DNA of 64,000 nt from an uncultured Actinomycetota bacterium (GTDB lineage Bacteria > Actinomycetota > Actinomycetes > JAFAQI01), in NCBI GenBank assembly GCA_963770565.1, contig CAVYQE010000007.1:32001-96000 (forward strand). Reading direction: 5' to 3'. A model generated the notes under the pieces. The model ran no database searches and was not told the DNA's origin. It was given only the letters and a program-made list of their open reading frames with translations. Below are positions 31,396 to 40,577 of the stretch, piece by piece. Position numbers and translations under genes: made by a program. Each line of letters opens with the position of its first letter. Position 1 is the stretch's first letter.

Positions 31396-31447
31396 GCTGG
31401 ACTATCGGCAGGTCACGGGGCGGGCTTGCGGCCGACTGGCCGGGTCG

Positions 31448-31657
31448 TCATGGCCAGCCACGGTAGGTCTCTTCCTGAGTTCCGATCGCCCGCGGGTCCT
31501 CGTTCGCCCGTCGCGTCGGCGGTGCGGCCAGGCTTAGCGCGTTGCGGAACCGGCCCCACCGCGATCGCCGGTGGCCGAGGCGTTCCTCCTCAGCCTCGGC
31601 CGGATCAACCGGGTCCGCGGGGTCCGTGGGGTCCGTGGGTTCGCTCGGGTCGGCCAT
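31448..31657 (-). CDS. Small hypothetical protein with (xDP)n repeat
   Basis: ATG at 31657 preceded by GAGGAG; 69 aa beginning MADPSEPTDPTDPADPVDP. Confidence 0.5.
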   Translation of the reverse strand: MADPSEPTDPTDPADPVDPAEAEEERLGHRRSRWGRFRNALSLAAPPTRRANEDPRAIGTQEETYRGWP

Positions 31658-31750
31658 CCGTACTCCTCGCTTGTCTGCCTCCACGGTGGCACACCGGGGT
31701 CCCAAAACCCGATGGCTCGCTGTCGGCCGGTCGCACTAGTGTCGGGCGTC

Positions 31751-32746
31751 GTGAGCATCGCTAGCGGCGCCGACGACGCGATCCTCGTCGAAGGCCTCCA
31801 CAAGTCCTTCGGGTCCGTCCACGCGCTGGCCGGCGTCGACCTTGCGGTGCCGCGTGGCACCGTGCTCGGGGTGCTCGGCCCCAACGGCGCGGGCAAGACC
31901 ACCGCGGTCAAGATCCTCACCACACTGACCCTGCCCGACGCGGGCCGGGTGATCGTCGACGGCCGCGACGTGGTCGCCGACGCCGCCGCGGTCCGGCACT
32001 CGATCGGCCTGGCCGGGCAGTCCGCAGCGATCGTCGAGGAGCTCAGCGGTCGGGAGAACCTCGAGTTCGTGGGTCGGCTCTACCACCTCGGCCGCGCCGC
32101 GTCGAAGGCTCGCGCCGCGGAGCTGTTGGAGCGTTTCGGGCTCACCGACGCCGCGGAGCGGCGGGCCAAGACCTACTCGGGCGGCATGATGCGCCGGCTC
32201 GACCTGGCCGCATCGCTCGTGGCCAGCCCGCGGGTGCTCTTCCTCGACGAGCCGACGACCGGCCTCGACCCCCGTGCCCGCAACGACATGTGGGAGGTCA
32301 TCCGCGACCTGGTGGCCGGTGGGACCACCCTGCTGCTGACCACGCAATACCTCGACGAGGCAGACGAGCTGGCCGACAAGATCGTGGTCTTCGACCACGG
32401 CAAGGTGATCGCGCAGGGGACCGCCGACGACCTGAAGGACACCATCGGCGGTGACGTCGTGGAGTTCACGGTCGCCGACCGGTCGCAGCACGACGTCGCG
32501 ATGGCGGCGGTCCGCGGCCTCGGTGACGGCGAGCTGACGACCGACAACGACGGGTACGTCGGGGTGCGGGCAGGTCGTCGCGGGTCGGCAGTGCTCCTGG
32601 AGGTGGTGCGCCAGCTCGACTCGAGCGGCGTCACCGCGATCGGACTCGGGGTTCGGCGGCCGTCCCTCGACGACGTGTTCCTCGCGCTGACCGGACACAA
32701 GGCGGAGGCCGACGGTCAGCCGACCGTGGCGGAGGCGAGCCCATGA
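31751..32746 (+). CDS. DrrA-family ABC exporter ATP-binding protein
   Basis: GPNGAGKT, YSGGM, LFLDEPTTGLDP, LTTQYLDEA, PSLDDVFL; TAGTGT -10 box 7 nt before GTG. Confidence 0.9.
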   Translation: MSIASGADDAILVEGLHKSFGSVHALAGVDLAVPRGTVLGVLGPNGAGKTTAVKILTTLTLPDAGRVIVDGRDVVADAAAVRHSIGLAGQSAAIVEELSGRENLEFVGRLYHLGRAASKARAAELLERFGLTDAAERRAKTYSGGMMRRLDLAASLVASPRVLFLDEPTTGLDPRARNDMWEVIRDLVAGGTTLLLTTQYLDEADELADKIVVFDHGKVIAQGTADDLKDTIGGDVVEFTVADRSQHDVAMAAVRGLGDGELTTDNDGYVGVRAGRRGSAVLLEVVRQLDSSGVTAIGLGVRRPSLDDVFLALTGHKAEADGQPTVAEASP

Positions 32747-33528
32747 GCGATACGACGATCGGCGGCCGGATCCGGTGGGGGGCGACCGACGCCCTCACCC
32801 TGATGGGCCGCAACCTGCTGGTGTGGCTCAAGGTGCCGGCGTTCATCATGTTCACCGTCATCCAGCCGGTGATGTTCACGCTGCTGTTTCGGTACGTATT
32901 CGGCGGTGCGATCCACACCGGCTCGTACTCCTACGTCGACTACCTGCTGCCCGGCATCATCGGCCAGACCGCCGCCTTCACGTCGTTCGGCACAGCGATC
33001 TCACTCGCCCAGGAGGCGAAGAAGGGGGTCATCGACCGGCTTCGCTCGATGCCGATCGCGCGTAGCGCGGTCCTGCTCGGCCGGCTCGGGGCCGACCTGG
33101 TGCGGCTGTTGATCACGGTGGTGATCATCGTCGGCGTGGGCTACGCGGTGGGGTTCCGATTCCACGGCGGCGTTGTCGGCGCGATCGGCATGATCGCGCT
33201 CTCGATCCTGCTCGGTCTGGCGACCTGCTGTGTCTCGGCATTCATCGGGTTGAAGATCCAGGACGAGGAGTCGGTGCAGGCCTTCGGCCTGATCTGGGTG
33301 TTCCCGCTGACCTTCGTCAGCTCGGCGTTCGTCCCGGTGCAGTCGATGCCGGGGTGGTTGCAGGCCTTCGCCAACAACCAGCCGATCAGCCAGATGGTCG
33401 ACGCAATGCGAGCGCTGGCGCTGGGTGGGCCGGTCGGCAACCACCTGTGGGCCGGAGTGGTCTGGATGATCGGCGTCATGGCGCTGTTCATCCCGCTGGC
33501 CGTCCGCGCCTATCGCAAGGCCTCCTAG
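32743..33528 (+). CDS. DrrB-family ABC-2 permease
   Basis: Six TM segments, DRLRSMPI, SSAFVP...MPGWLQAFA..QP. Confidence 0.9.
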   Translation: MSDTTIGGRIRWGATDALTLMGRNLLVWLKVPAFIMFTVIQPVMFTLLFRYVFGGAIHTGSYSYVDYLLPGIIGQTAAFTSFGTAISLAQEAKKGVIDRLRSMPIARSAVLLGRLGADLVRLLITVVIIVGVGYAVGFRFHGGVVGAIGMIALSILLGLATCCVSAFIGLKIQDEESVQAFGLIWVFPLTFVSSAFVPVQSMPGWLQAFANNQPISQMVDAMRALALGGPVGNHLWAGVVWMIGVMALFIPLAVRAYRKAS

Positions 33529-33569
33529 CGGGAGCCCGGCGTGGGACCGTGATCCAGATCCACCAGCAC

Positions 33570-33734
33570 CTAGCGTCGCGCTAGCAAAGCATGGGCACCG
33601 GTCGCGGCGCCCTGACGGACGCTCGCGGCGTTGTCCTCGGCGTCCGTAGCGTTGCTACGGCCACCTCGTCCGCCTTGCGAATCGTCCGCCCGGGTCACCG
33701 TGTCCGGCACACGACTTCGCTAGCGCGACGCTAG
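33570..33734. mobile_element. 165-nt CTAG-bounded hairpin element (MITE-like), copy 2
   Basis: Perfect 16-bp TIR CTAGCGTCGCGCTAGC (19/20 extended); central stem CCGTAGC-gtt-GCTACGG; same architecture as 982..1146. Confidence 0.75.
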
Positions 33735-33782
33735 CGTCAGGCTATGAATCGGGTGGCAGGGCTTCCCGGGTTGGAGCCAGCG

Positions 33783-34586
33783 ATGGACCAGATCGTTGCG
33801 GCGCTTAACGGCGTCAGCGTGCGACGCGGTTCGGCGACGGTCCTGCACCCGGTCGACTGGACCATCCGCTCCGGTGAGCGCTGGGTCGTCATCGGCGCAA
33901 ACGGTGCCGGCAAGTCGACGTTGCTCGCCCTCCTGGCCGGCGCGTTGCCACCCACGACCGGGGCGGTCAGCCTGCTCGGCGAGCCGCTGGCCGAGGCCGA
34001 CCTCGACGAGCTGTTGCCCCGGATCGGCTGGGCAAGCGCGGCCCTGGCCGACCTGATCCCTGGCGCGGAGCTGGTGCGCGACGTCGTGTTGACCGCCTCG
34101 CACGCGACTTTGCGGCGGGGGCAGGAGCGCTACGACGACGACGACGTAAGCCGGGCCCACGACCTGCTCGGGCAGGTGGGGTGCCGGCTGCTGGTAGAGC
34201 GCCGCTACCTCACGCTCAGCGAAGGGGAGCGCAAGCGGGTGCAGTTGGCGCGCGCGGTGATGACCGACCCGGAGCTGTTGCTGCTCGACGAGCCCGCTGC
34301 CGGGCTCGACCTCGGAGGTCGCGAGGCCCTCCTGCGCCTGCTCGGCCGGCTGGCGGTCGATCCCGATGCCCCTGTGCAAGTGCTGGTCTCGCATCACGTC
34401 GAGGAGATCCCCGAGGGCTTCACCCACGCGCTGTTGTTGCGGGAGGGTTCGGTCGTCGCGGCCGGTCCGATCGAGGCGGCGCTCACGTCCGCGTCGTTGT
34501 CACAGGCATTCGGCCTGCCGCTGCGGGTCCTGGCACATCGCGGCCGCTGGACCGCACGAGCGGCGATGGGCCGATTGACGACTTAG
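33783..34586 (+). CDS. ABC transporter ATP-binding protein (ModF/YlmA-like)
   Basis: GANGAGKST, LSEGERKR, LLLDEPAAGLD, SHHVEEIP. Confidence 0.85.
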   Translation: MDQIVAALNGVSVRRGSATVLHPVDWTIRSGERWVVIGANGAGKSTLLALLAGALPPTTGAVSLLGEPLAEADLDELLPRIGWASAALADLIPGAELVRDVVLTASHATLRRGQERYDDDDVSRAHDLLGQVGCRLLVERRYLTLSEGERKRVQLARAVMTDPELLLLDEPAAGLDLGGREALLRLLGRLAVDPDAPVQVLVSHHVEEIPEGFTHALLLREGSVVAAGPIEAALTSASLSQAFGLPLRVLAHRGRWTARAAMGRLTT

Positions 34587-34822
34587 GCGCTCGAGGCCTC
34601 GGTGGGCAGCTCTGCCGCGTCGGTCAACACTGCGGTCTCGTCGTGGATCTCGACGGCAACCTCGCGAAGGCGCTCGCCGTGCTCCCGGCCATGGTGGGCG
34701 CAGAAGTACAGGTCGGCGCCGCCGGGCATGATCGCCCGGATCGACGCGCGTGCGCCACACCGGTCGCACCGGTCAGCCGGTGACAGTGGCGGCGCTGCGG
34801 TCGTGGTGGTCATCGTCTCCAT
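34583..34822 (-). CDS. Small conserved actinobacterial Cys/His (zinc-ribbon-like) protein
   Basis: DRCDRCGARA...LYFCAHH...IHDET pattern; alternative start at 34813. Confidence 0.75.
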   Translation of the reverse strand: METMTTTTAAPPLSPADRCDRCGARASIRAIMPGGADLYFCAHHGREHGERLREVAVEIHDETAVLTDAAELPTEASSA

Positions 34823-34987
34823 CAAACACCCTTTGACCGACAGCCATTCCGCGACACCCGCGAAATCGGCCACCCGACCACTCGCGCAAAGCGGCGTTTC
34901 GCGAAGATAGGGTCAATCGGCGGCGCGACGCAGGGCAGTGCGCCGCGTACCATTCGGTCAGCAAAAGAGAAGGGACGGCCGCCCGCG

Positions 34988-35830
34988 ATGGCGACGCAGT
35001 CGGTGGCGACGCAGGGCTCACGCTCAACCGAACGGGCAGCGATCGAGGCCAAGACCCTTCGCACCGACCGGTGGTGGATCCAGCCGCTGATCACGGCGAT
35101 CGGGTTCAGTGCGTTTGTGATCTACGCCACATGGGCCGCTTTCAACCACCCCCTGGTGTTCGGCAACGGCTTGCCGCATCGGATCTTCTACGCCAAGCCT
35201 TATATCTCGCCGTTCTTCTCCCCATGCCTCGCCCACGGCTGCCCGTCGGACGTGGCCTGGGTGCACTGGGACGCGTGGAACTGGCTCTCGCCCGCGCTGT
35301 ACGTCCTGATCTTCCCGCTGAGCTTCCGGGCGACCTGCTACTACTACCGCAAGGCCTACTACCGGTCGTTCTGGTTCTCGCCGCCCGCGTGCGCGGTCGC
35401 CGAGCCGCACAAGAAGTACACCGGCGAGACCCGGTTCCCGCTGTTGATCCAGAACATCCACCGCTACACCTGGTACTTCGCGGCGATCTTCGCGGTGATC
35501 CTCAGCTATGACGCGGTGCGGTCGTTCATCTATACCGACAGCTCCGGGACGCACTTCTTCATCGGGGTCGGGTCGGCGATCCTGGTGGTCAACGCGCTGT
35601 TGATCCTCGGCTACACGTTCGGCTGTCACTCCTGCCGGCACATCACGGCCGGCCGGATCAACAACTTCTCGAAGCACCCGCTCCGCTACAAGTGGTGGAC
35701 CCTGGCGTCCTGGCTCAACAAGCGCCATCTGCAGTGGGCCTGGGCGTCCCTGGTCTGGATCGCCGTCGCAGACGGCTACATCCGGCTCGTGTCGAACGGC
35801 ACGTTCACCGACTATCACCACATCTTCTAG
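34988..35830 (+). CDS. Succinate dehydrogenase membrane anchor (Sdh1/Rv0249c type)
   Basis: LRTDRWW, RATCYYYRKAYYRSF, PPACAV, QNIHRY, GCHSCRH. Confidence 0.85.
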   Translation: MATQSVATQGSRSTERAAIEAKTLRTDRWWIQPLITAIGFSAFVIYATWAAFNHPLVFGNGLPHRIFYAKPYISPFFSPCLAHGCPSDVAWVHWDAWNWLSPALYVLIFPLSFRATCYYYRKAYYRSFWFSPPACAVAEPHKKYTGETRFPLLIQNIHRYTWYFAAIFAVILSYDAVRSFIYTDSSGTHFFIGVGSAILVVNALLILGYTFGCHSCRHITAGRINNFSKHPLRYKWWTLASWLNKRHLQWAWASLVWIAVADGYIRLVSNGTFTDYHHIF

Positions 35831-35846
35831 GCGATGAGCTCACACG

Positions 35847-37643
35847 ATGACTGATCACGAAACGCACGACTACGACGTCGTGGTCATGGGCGCCGGCGGG
35901 TCGGGGCTGCGGGCCGCGATCGCCGCGCACGAGGCGGGTGCGCGCACCGCGATCGTGACCAAGTCGTTGTTGGGCAAGGCGCACACCGTCATGGCCGAGG
36001 GCGGCATCGCCGCCTCGATGGGCAACGTCTGGCCCGAGGACAACTGGCAGGTGCACTTCCGCGACACGATGCGCGGCGGCAAGATGCTGAACAACTGGCG
36101 GATGGCGCAGCTGCATGCCCAGGAGGCGCCGGACCGGGTCTGGGAGCTCGAGGAATGGGGTGCGCTGTTCGACCGGACCGCTGAGGGCAAGATCTCCCAG
36201 CGCGACTTCGGCGGCCATCGTTACGCCCGGCTCGCGCACGTCGGCGACCGTACCGGCCTGGAGATGATCCGCACCCTGCAGCAGCGTGCGGTGGATCTCG
36301 GCATCGACGTCTACATGGAATGCACGGTCACCCGGCTGCTCAAGCACGGCGACGCGATCGCCGGCACCTTCGGCTACTGGCGCGAGACCGGCTCGTTCAT
36401 CCAGCTGAACGCACCCGCGGTGATCATCGCCACCGGGGGCATCGGCAAGTCGTTCAAGGTCACCAGCAACTCGTGGGAATACACCGGTGACGGGCACGCG
36501 CTCGCGCTGTCCACCGGCGCATCGCTGATCAACATGGAGTTCGTGCAGTTCCACCCGACCGGCATGGTGTGGCCACTGTCGGTGCGCGGGTTGCTGATCA
36601 CCGAGTCGGTGCGTGGCGAGGGCGGCGTACTCCGCAACTCCGAGGGCAAGCGGTTCATGTTCGACTACATCTCCGACTACTTCAAAGCGGAGACCGCCGA
36701 CACCGAAGAAGAAGCCGACCGCTGGTACGACGACCACATCAACAACCGGCGGCCGCCCGAGTTGCTGCCGCGCGACGAGGTCGCGCGCGCGATCAACTCG
36801 GAAATCAAGGCCGGGCGTGGCTCGCCGCACGGCGGGGTCTTCCTCGACATCGCGACCCGGCGGAGCGCGGCCGACATCCACAAACGACTCCCCTCGATGT
36901 ATCACCAGTTCAAGGAGCTCGCCGACGTCGACATCACGACCGACCCGATGGAGGTTGCGCCGACCGCTCACTACGTGATGGGCGGGGTCGAGGTCGATCC
37001 CGAGACCCAGGCCGCGACCATTCCGGGCCTGTTCGCCGTCGGCGAGGCCTCCGGCGGCATGCACGGCTCCAACCGGCTCGGTGGCAACTCGCTGAGCGAT
37101 CTGCTGGTGTTCGGCAAGCGGGCGGGGGAGTTCGCCGCGGACTACGCGGCCAAGCTCCCGGCCCGCCAGGCGGCGACCGCGGCGGACGTCAACGACGCGA
37201 TCGCCGAGGCGCTGAAGCCGTTCTCGACCAACGGCGGCGAGAACGCCTACGCCGTACAAGCCGAGTTGCAGGACGTGATGTTCTCCCTGGTCGGCATCAT
37301 CCGCAATGCCGGCGAGCTGACCCAGGCGTTGGCGGAGATCGAGAAGTTCAAGGCCCGGGCCGCCGCGGTCAGTGTCGAAGGCGGCCGCGCCTACAACCCG
37401 GGCTGGCACGTCGCGCTCGACATCCACGCGATGCTGACCGTCTCGGAAGCGTGTGCGCGCGCGGCGCTGGAGCGAACCGAGAGTCGTGGCGGTCACACCC
37501 GCGAGGACTACCCCGCCACCGACCCGGCCTGGGGCAAGGTCAACCTCATCGTCACAGAGAGGGACGGGGCGATCACGATCGAGCACAAGCCGTTGCCGCA
37601 GATGCCCGCCGAGTTGGCCACGTTGTTCGAGGAAGGCCACTGA
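35847..37643 (+). CDS. sdhA: Succinate dehydrogenase/fumarate reductase flavoprotein subunit
   Basis: GAGGSG, KAHTVMAEGG (FAD-linked His), QFHPTG, HYVMGG, HGSNRLGGNSL, RTESRGGH. Confidence 0.95.
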   Translation: MTDHETHDYDVVVMGAGGSGLRAAIAAHEAGARTAIVTKSLLGKAHTVMAEGGIAASMGNVWPEDNWQVHFRDTMRGGKMLNNWRMAQLHAQEAPDRVWELEEWGALFDRTAEGKISQRDFGGHRYARLAHVGDRTGLEMIRTLQQRAVDLGIDVYMECTVTRLLKHGDAIAGTFGYWRETGSFIQLNAPAVIIATGGIGKSFKVTSNSWEYTGDGHALALSTGASLINMEFVQFHPTGMVWPLSVRGLLITESVRGEGGVLRNSEGKRFMFDYISDYFKAETADTEEEADRWYDDHINNRRPPELLPRDEVARAINSEIKAGRGSPHGGVFLDIATRRSAADIHKRLPSMYHQFKELADVDITTDPMEVAPTAHYVMGGVEVDPETQAATIPGLFAVGEASGGMHGSNRLGGNSLSDLLVFGKRAGEFAADYAAKLPARQAATAADVNDAIAEALKPFSTNGGENAYAVQAELQDVMFSLVGIIRNAGELTQALAEIEKFKARAAAVSVEGGRAYNPGWHVALDIHAMLTVSEACARAALERTESRGGHTREDYPATDPAWGKVNLIVTERDGAITIEHKPLPQMPAELATLFEEGH

Positions 37644-38605
37644 TGGCGCGCGACCTTCACCTCCGGGTATGGCGCGGTGACGCGACCGGCGGCGACTTCG
37701 TCGACTACACGGTCGCGGTCGAGGACGGCGAGGTCGTCCTCGACGCGCTGCACCGACTGCAGGCGACCCAGACCGGCGACCTCGCGATCCGCTGGAACTG
37801 CAAGGCCGGCAAGTGCGGCTCGTGCAGTGCAGAAATCAACGGCAAGCCGCGCCTGATGTGCATGACGCGGCTCTCGACGTTCGACCCGGACGAGACCATC
37901 ACGGTCAACCCGATGCGCACGTTCCCGGTCATTCGTGACCTGGTCACCGATGTCTCCTTCAACTTCGAGAAGGCGCGCGATGTGCCCGCGTTCGCACCGC
38001 CGTCCGACAACGTCGGCGGCAAGTTCCGGATGTCACAGGTCGACGTCGACCGCAGCCAGGAGTTCCGCAAGTGCATCGAATGCTTCCTGTGCCAAAACAC
38101 CTGCCACGTGATCCGCGACCACGAGGAGAACAAGCCGGCCTTCGCCGGCCCGCGGTTCTTCATCCGGTACGCCGAGCTCGACATGCATCCGCTCGACACC
38201 CAGGACCGCAAGCAGATGGTGCAGCAGGAAGAAGGGCTCGGCTACTGCAACATCACCAAGTGCTGTACCGAGGTCTGTCCGGAGAACATCAAGATCACCG
38301 ACAACGGGATTATCCCGCTCAAGGAGCGCGTGGTCGACACCAAGTACGACCCGATCCTGTTCCTCGGCTCGAAGATCGGCATGCGCAAGCAGACCCGCAC
38401 CCCGGTCGGCCCGGCGGCCTCTCGTGCCGTCAGTCCGATCAAGCACCCGGAGAAGTCCGCCGGTGACGAGGTCGCCGCGTCGGTCGCCGTCGACCCGGGC
38501 GGTGACAGCGTGCTCCGCAAGGCCGCGATTCCGGCCGGCGCGACCGGGGCTGCGGCGGGCGTCGGCTTCCTCGCCTGGTTGATGCGAAAGCGGCGGACCA
38601 GCTGA
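37643..38605 (+). CDS. sdhB: Succinate dehydrogenase Fe-S subunit with C-terminal extension
   Basis: CKAGKCGSC, CIECFLCQNTC, CNITKCCTEVC; TGATG-coupled start at 37643. Confidence 0.9.
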   Translation: MARDLHLRVWRGDATGGDFVDYTVAVEDGEVVLDALHRLQATQTGDLAIRWNCKAGKCGSCSAEINGKPRLMCMTRLSTFDPDETITVNPMRTFPVIRDLVTDVSFNFEKARDVPAFAPPSDNVGGKFRMSQVDVDRSQEFRKCIECFLCQNTCHVIRDHEENKPAFAGPRFFIRYAELDMHPLDTQDRKQMVQQEEGLGYCNITKCCTEVCPENIKITDNGIIPLKERVVDTKYDPILFLGSKIGMRKQTRTPVGPAASRAVSPIKHPEKSAGDEVAASVAVDPGGDSVLRKAAIPAGATGAAAGVGFLAWLMRKRRTS

Positions 38606-39420
38606 GCGACCCGCTCGCCGAGGAGCTGCTGGCGCTGGCTCGTGACCTGGCCCGGGCCGCCGGGGAAGAATTACGCGCCCGGCCCGACGATCTCGGCGTG
38701 ACGACCAAGTCCGGACCGACCGACGTCGTCACGGTCATGGACAAGTCAGCCGAGAAGGTCATCCTCGCCGGGTTGGCGGAAGCCCGCCCCGACGATGCGA
38801 TCGTCAGCGAGGAGAGCGCCGAGACCGCCGGCAGCTCCGGGGTCCGCTGGCTCATCGACCCGCTCGACGGGACGGTCAACTACCTGTACGGAATCCCGCG
38901 TTATGCCGTGTCGATCGCCGTCGAGATCGCCGAGCAGGCGGCCTGTGGAGTTGTCCTCGACGTCGTGCTCGGCCAGGAGTACACCGCGATCCGCGGGGCG
39001 GGTGCCTATCGCGACGGCGTCCGGCTCGCCTGCTCGACCCAGACCGACCCGGCTCAGACGCTGCTCGCGACCGGCTTCGCCTACGACGTCGATCGCCGTA
39101 CCGCTCAAGCGCGGACGATCGCGAGCGTCCTGCCGGCCGTCCGTGACATCCGGCGCTTCGGGTCGGCCGCGCTCGACCTCTGCGATGTGGCGAGCGGCCG
39201 GGTGGACGCGTACTACGAGGCCGGCATGCACCCATGGGACTGGGCGGCCGGGGCACTGATCGCCCGCGAGGCCGGTGCCCGGGTCGACGGCCTGTCCGGG
39301 CGGCCGCCGGGCAACCACACCACCCTCGCCGCGAACCCGGTCCTGTTCGATGTGCTGCATCATGTATTGGTAGCCGCAAACGCGGATGCGACGCAGACCA
39401 GGGGCGCGACAGGAGGCTGA
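38602..39420 (+). CDS. suhB: Inositol monophosphatase family protein
   Basis: WLIDPLDGTVNY, DIRRFGSAALDL, WDWAAG; coding appears to extend upstream of GTG 38698 to CTG 38602. Confidence 0.85.
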   Translation: MSDPLAEELLALARDLARAAGEELRARPDDLGVTTKSGPTDVVTVMDKSAEKVILAGLAEARPDDAIVSEESAETAGSSGVRWLIDPLDGTVNYLYGIPRYAVSIAVEIAEQAACGVVLDVVLGQEYTAIRGAGAYRDGVRLACSTQTDPAQTLLATGFAYDVDRRTAQARTIASVLPAVRDIRRFGSAALDLCDVASGRVDAYYEAGMHPWDWAAGALIAREAGARVDGLSGRPPGNHTTLAANPVLFDVLHHVLVAANADATQTRGATGG

Positions 39421-39421
39421 G

Positions 39422-40565
39422 ATGCCCACCGGCCGCAAGGCGACGACGGTGGTCTGGATCAGCGCAGCCGTGTTGTTGGTCGGGACTGTTCTCGGCACGG
39501 TCGCTGTCGCGCTGATCCGGGCCAACTCGCAGCAGGCGGCCGCGGCGTCGTCGGCGCTCCCAGTCACCACCCCCACCCCGGTCGAGGCGACGACGCCCCC
39601 GGCTGCCCCCACCGTTCCGCCGCTTGGCCGGCTCACCCCGCCCGACGCCGTCGTGACCCTGCCGCACGCGGCGAGCATCGGCGCGACCGGTCGGCTGAGT
39701 GCGATGGCGGGGGTGCGCATCGTGGCGGTCGCCTCGCGCGGCGTCGTACGGGTCGGCGGGACCATGTTGCACGTGCTCGGCGTGCCGCTGAACACGGTCC
39801 GCGGGTTCACCCCCTCGCTGACCGCGTCCTCCACGCCGCTATGGCAGTCGATTGCCCGAGGCGAGCTCACCGTGGCCTACGCCCACAGCCGTACGTTGCG
39901 GCACCGGCTCGGCGCGACGCTGGCCGCCCGAGGTGCGCGCGGCACGGCCGGCCGGCTCCGGATCGGCGCGTTCGCGACGATCGGACTGCCCGGCGCGCAA
40001 GGGATGCTGTCCGCGAGTGCCGGGTCCGCGCTCGGTTTCGCGCCGGCCCGCGAGATCCTGATCTCGGCGCCGAAGATCTCGGTGACCACGTTGCGCGACG
40101 ACGTACGGACCGCGCTCGGGCCCAAGGCGGCCGTCGACATCACCCGGGTCGCGCCGGTCAACCAGTCGCTGTCGAGCAACTACGCGCTCTCGACCATCCC
40201 GCCGACGTACCTCGCGTTGTACCGCCGGGCGGCGGTCGACCTGCCCCGGCCTGCCGTGGACGGTCCTCGCCGCGGTCGGCACGGTCGAGACCGGCAACGG
40301 CCGGGACGTCCACCGGTCGGTGGCCGGCGCCGAAGGCCCGATGCAGTTCCTGCCGTCGACCTGGGCGGTCTGGGGGTACGACGCCGACGGGGACGGTAAG
40401 GCCGACATCCACGATCCGGTCGACGCGGTCTTCTCGGCCGCGCGCTACCTGTGCGCCGCGGGCGCCGGCCGCGGCGGCCAGTCGCTCGACGACGCGATCT
40501 TTGCCTACAACCACGCCTGGTGGTACGTCCGAGAAGTGGTTCTGATCGCCAATCAGTACGCGTGA
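39422..40565 (+). pseudogene. Membrane-anchored lytic transglycosylase (SLT domain), single frameshift near 40235
   Basis: N-terminal TM and Pro-rich linker; after a +1 shift TCPGLPWTVLAAVGTVET...GAEGPMQFLPSTW...AARYLC...AYNHA. Confidence 0.75.
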
Positions 40566-40577
40566 GAGGCTCGCGGC

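Noticed and set aside
36569-37642. N-terminal 358 aa of the 678-aa ORF containing sdhB
   Set aside because: Off-frame overlap with sdhA; the real start is the coupled ATG at 37643
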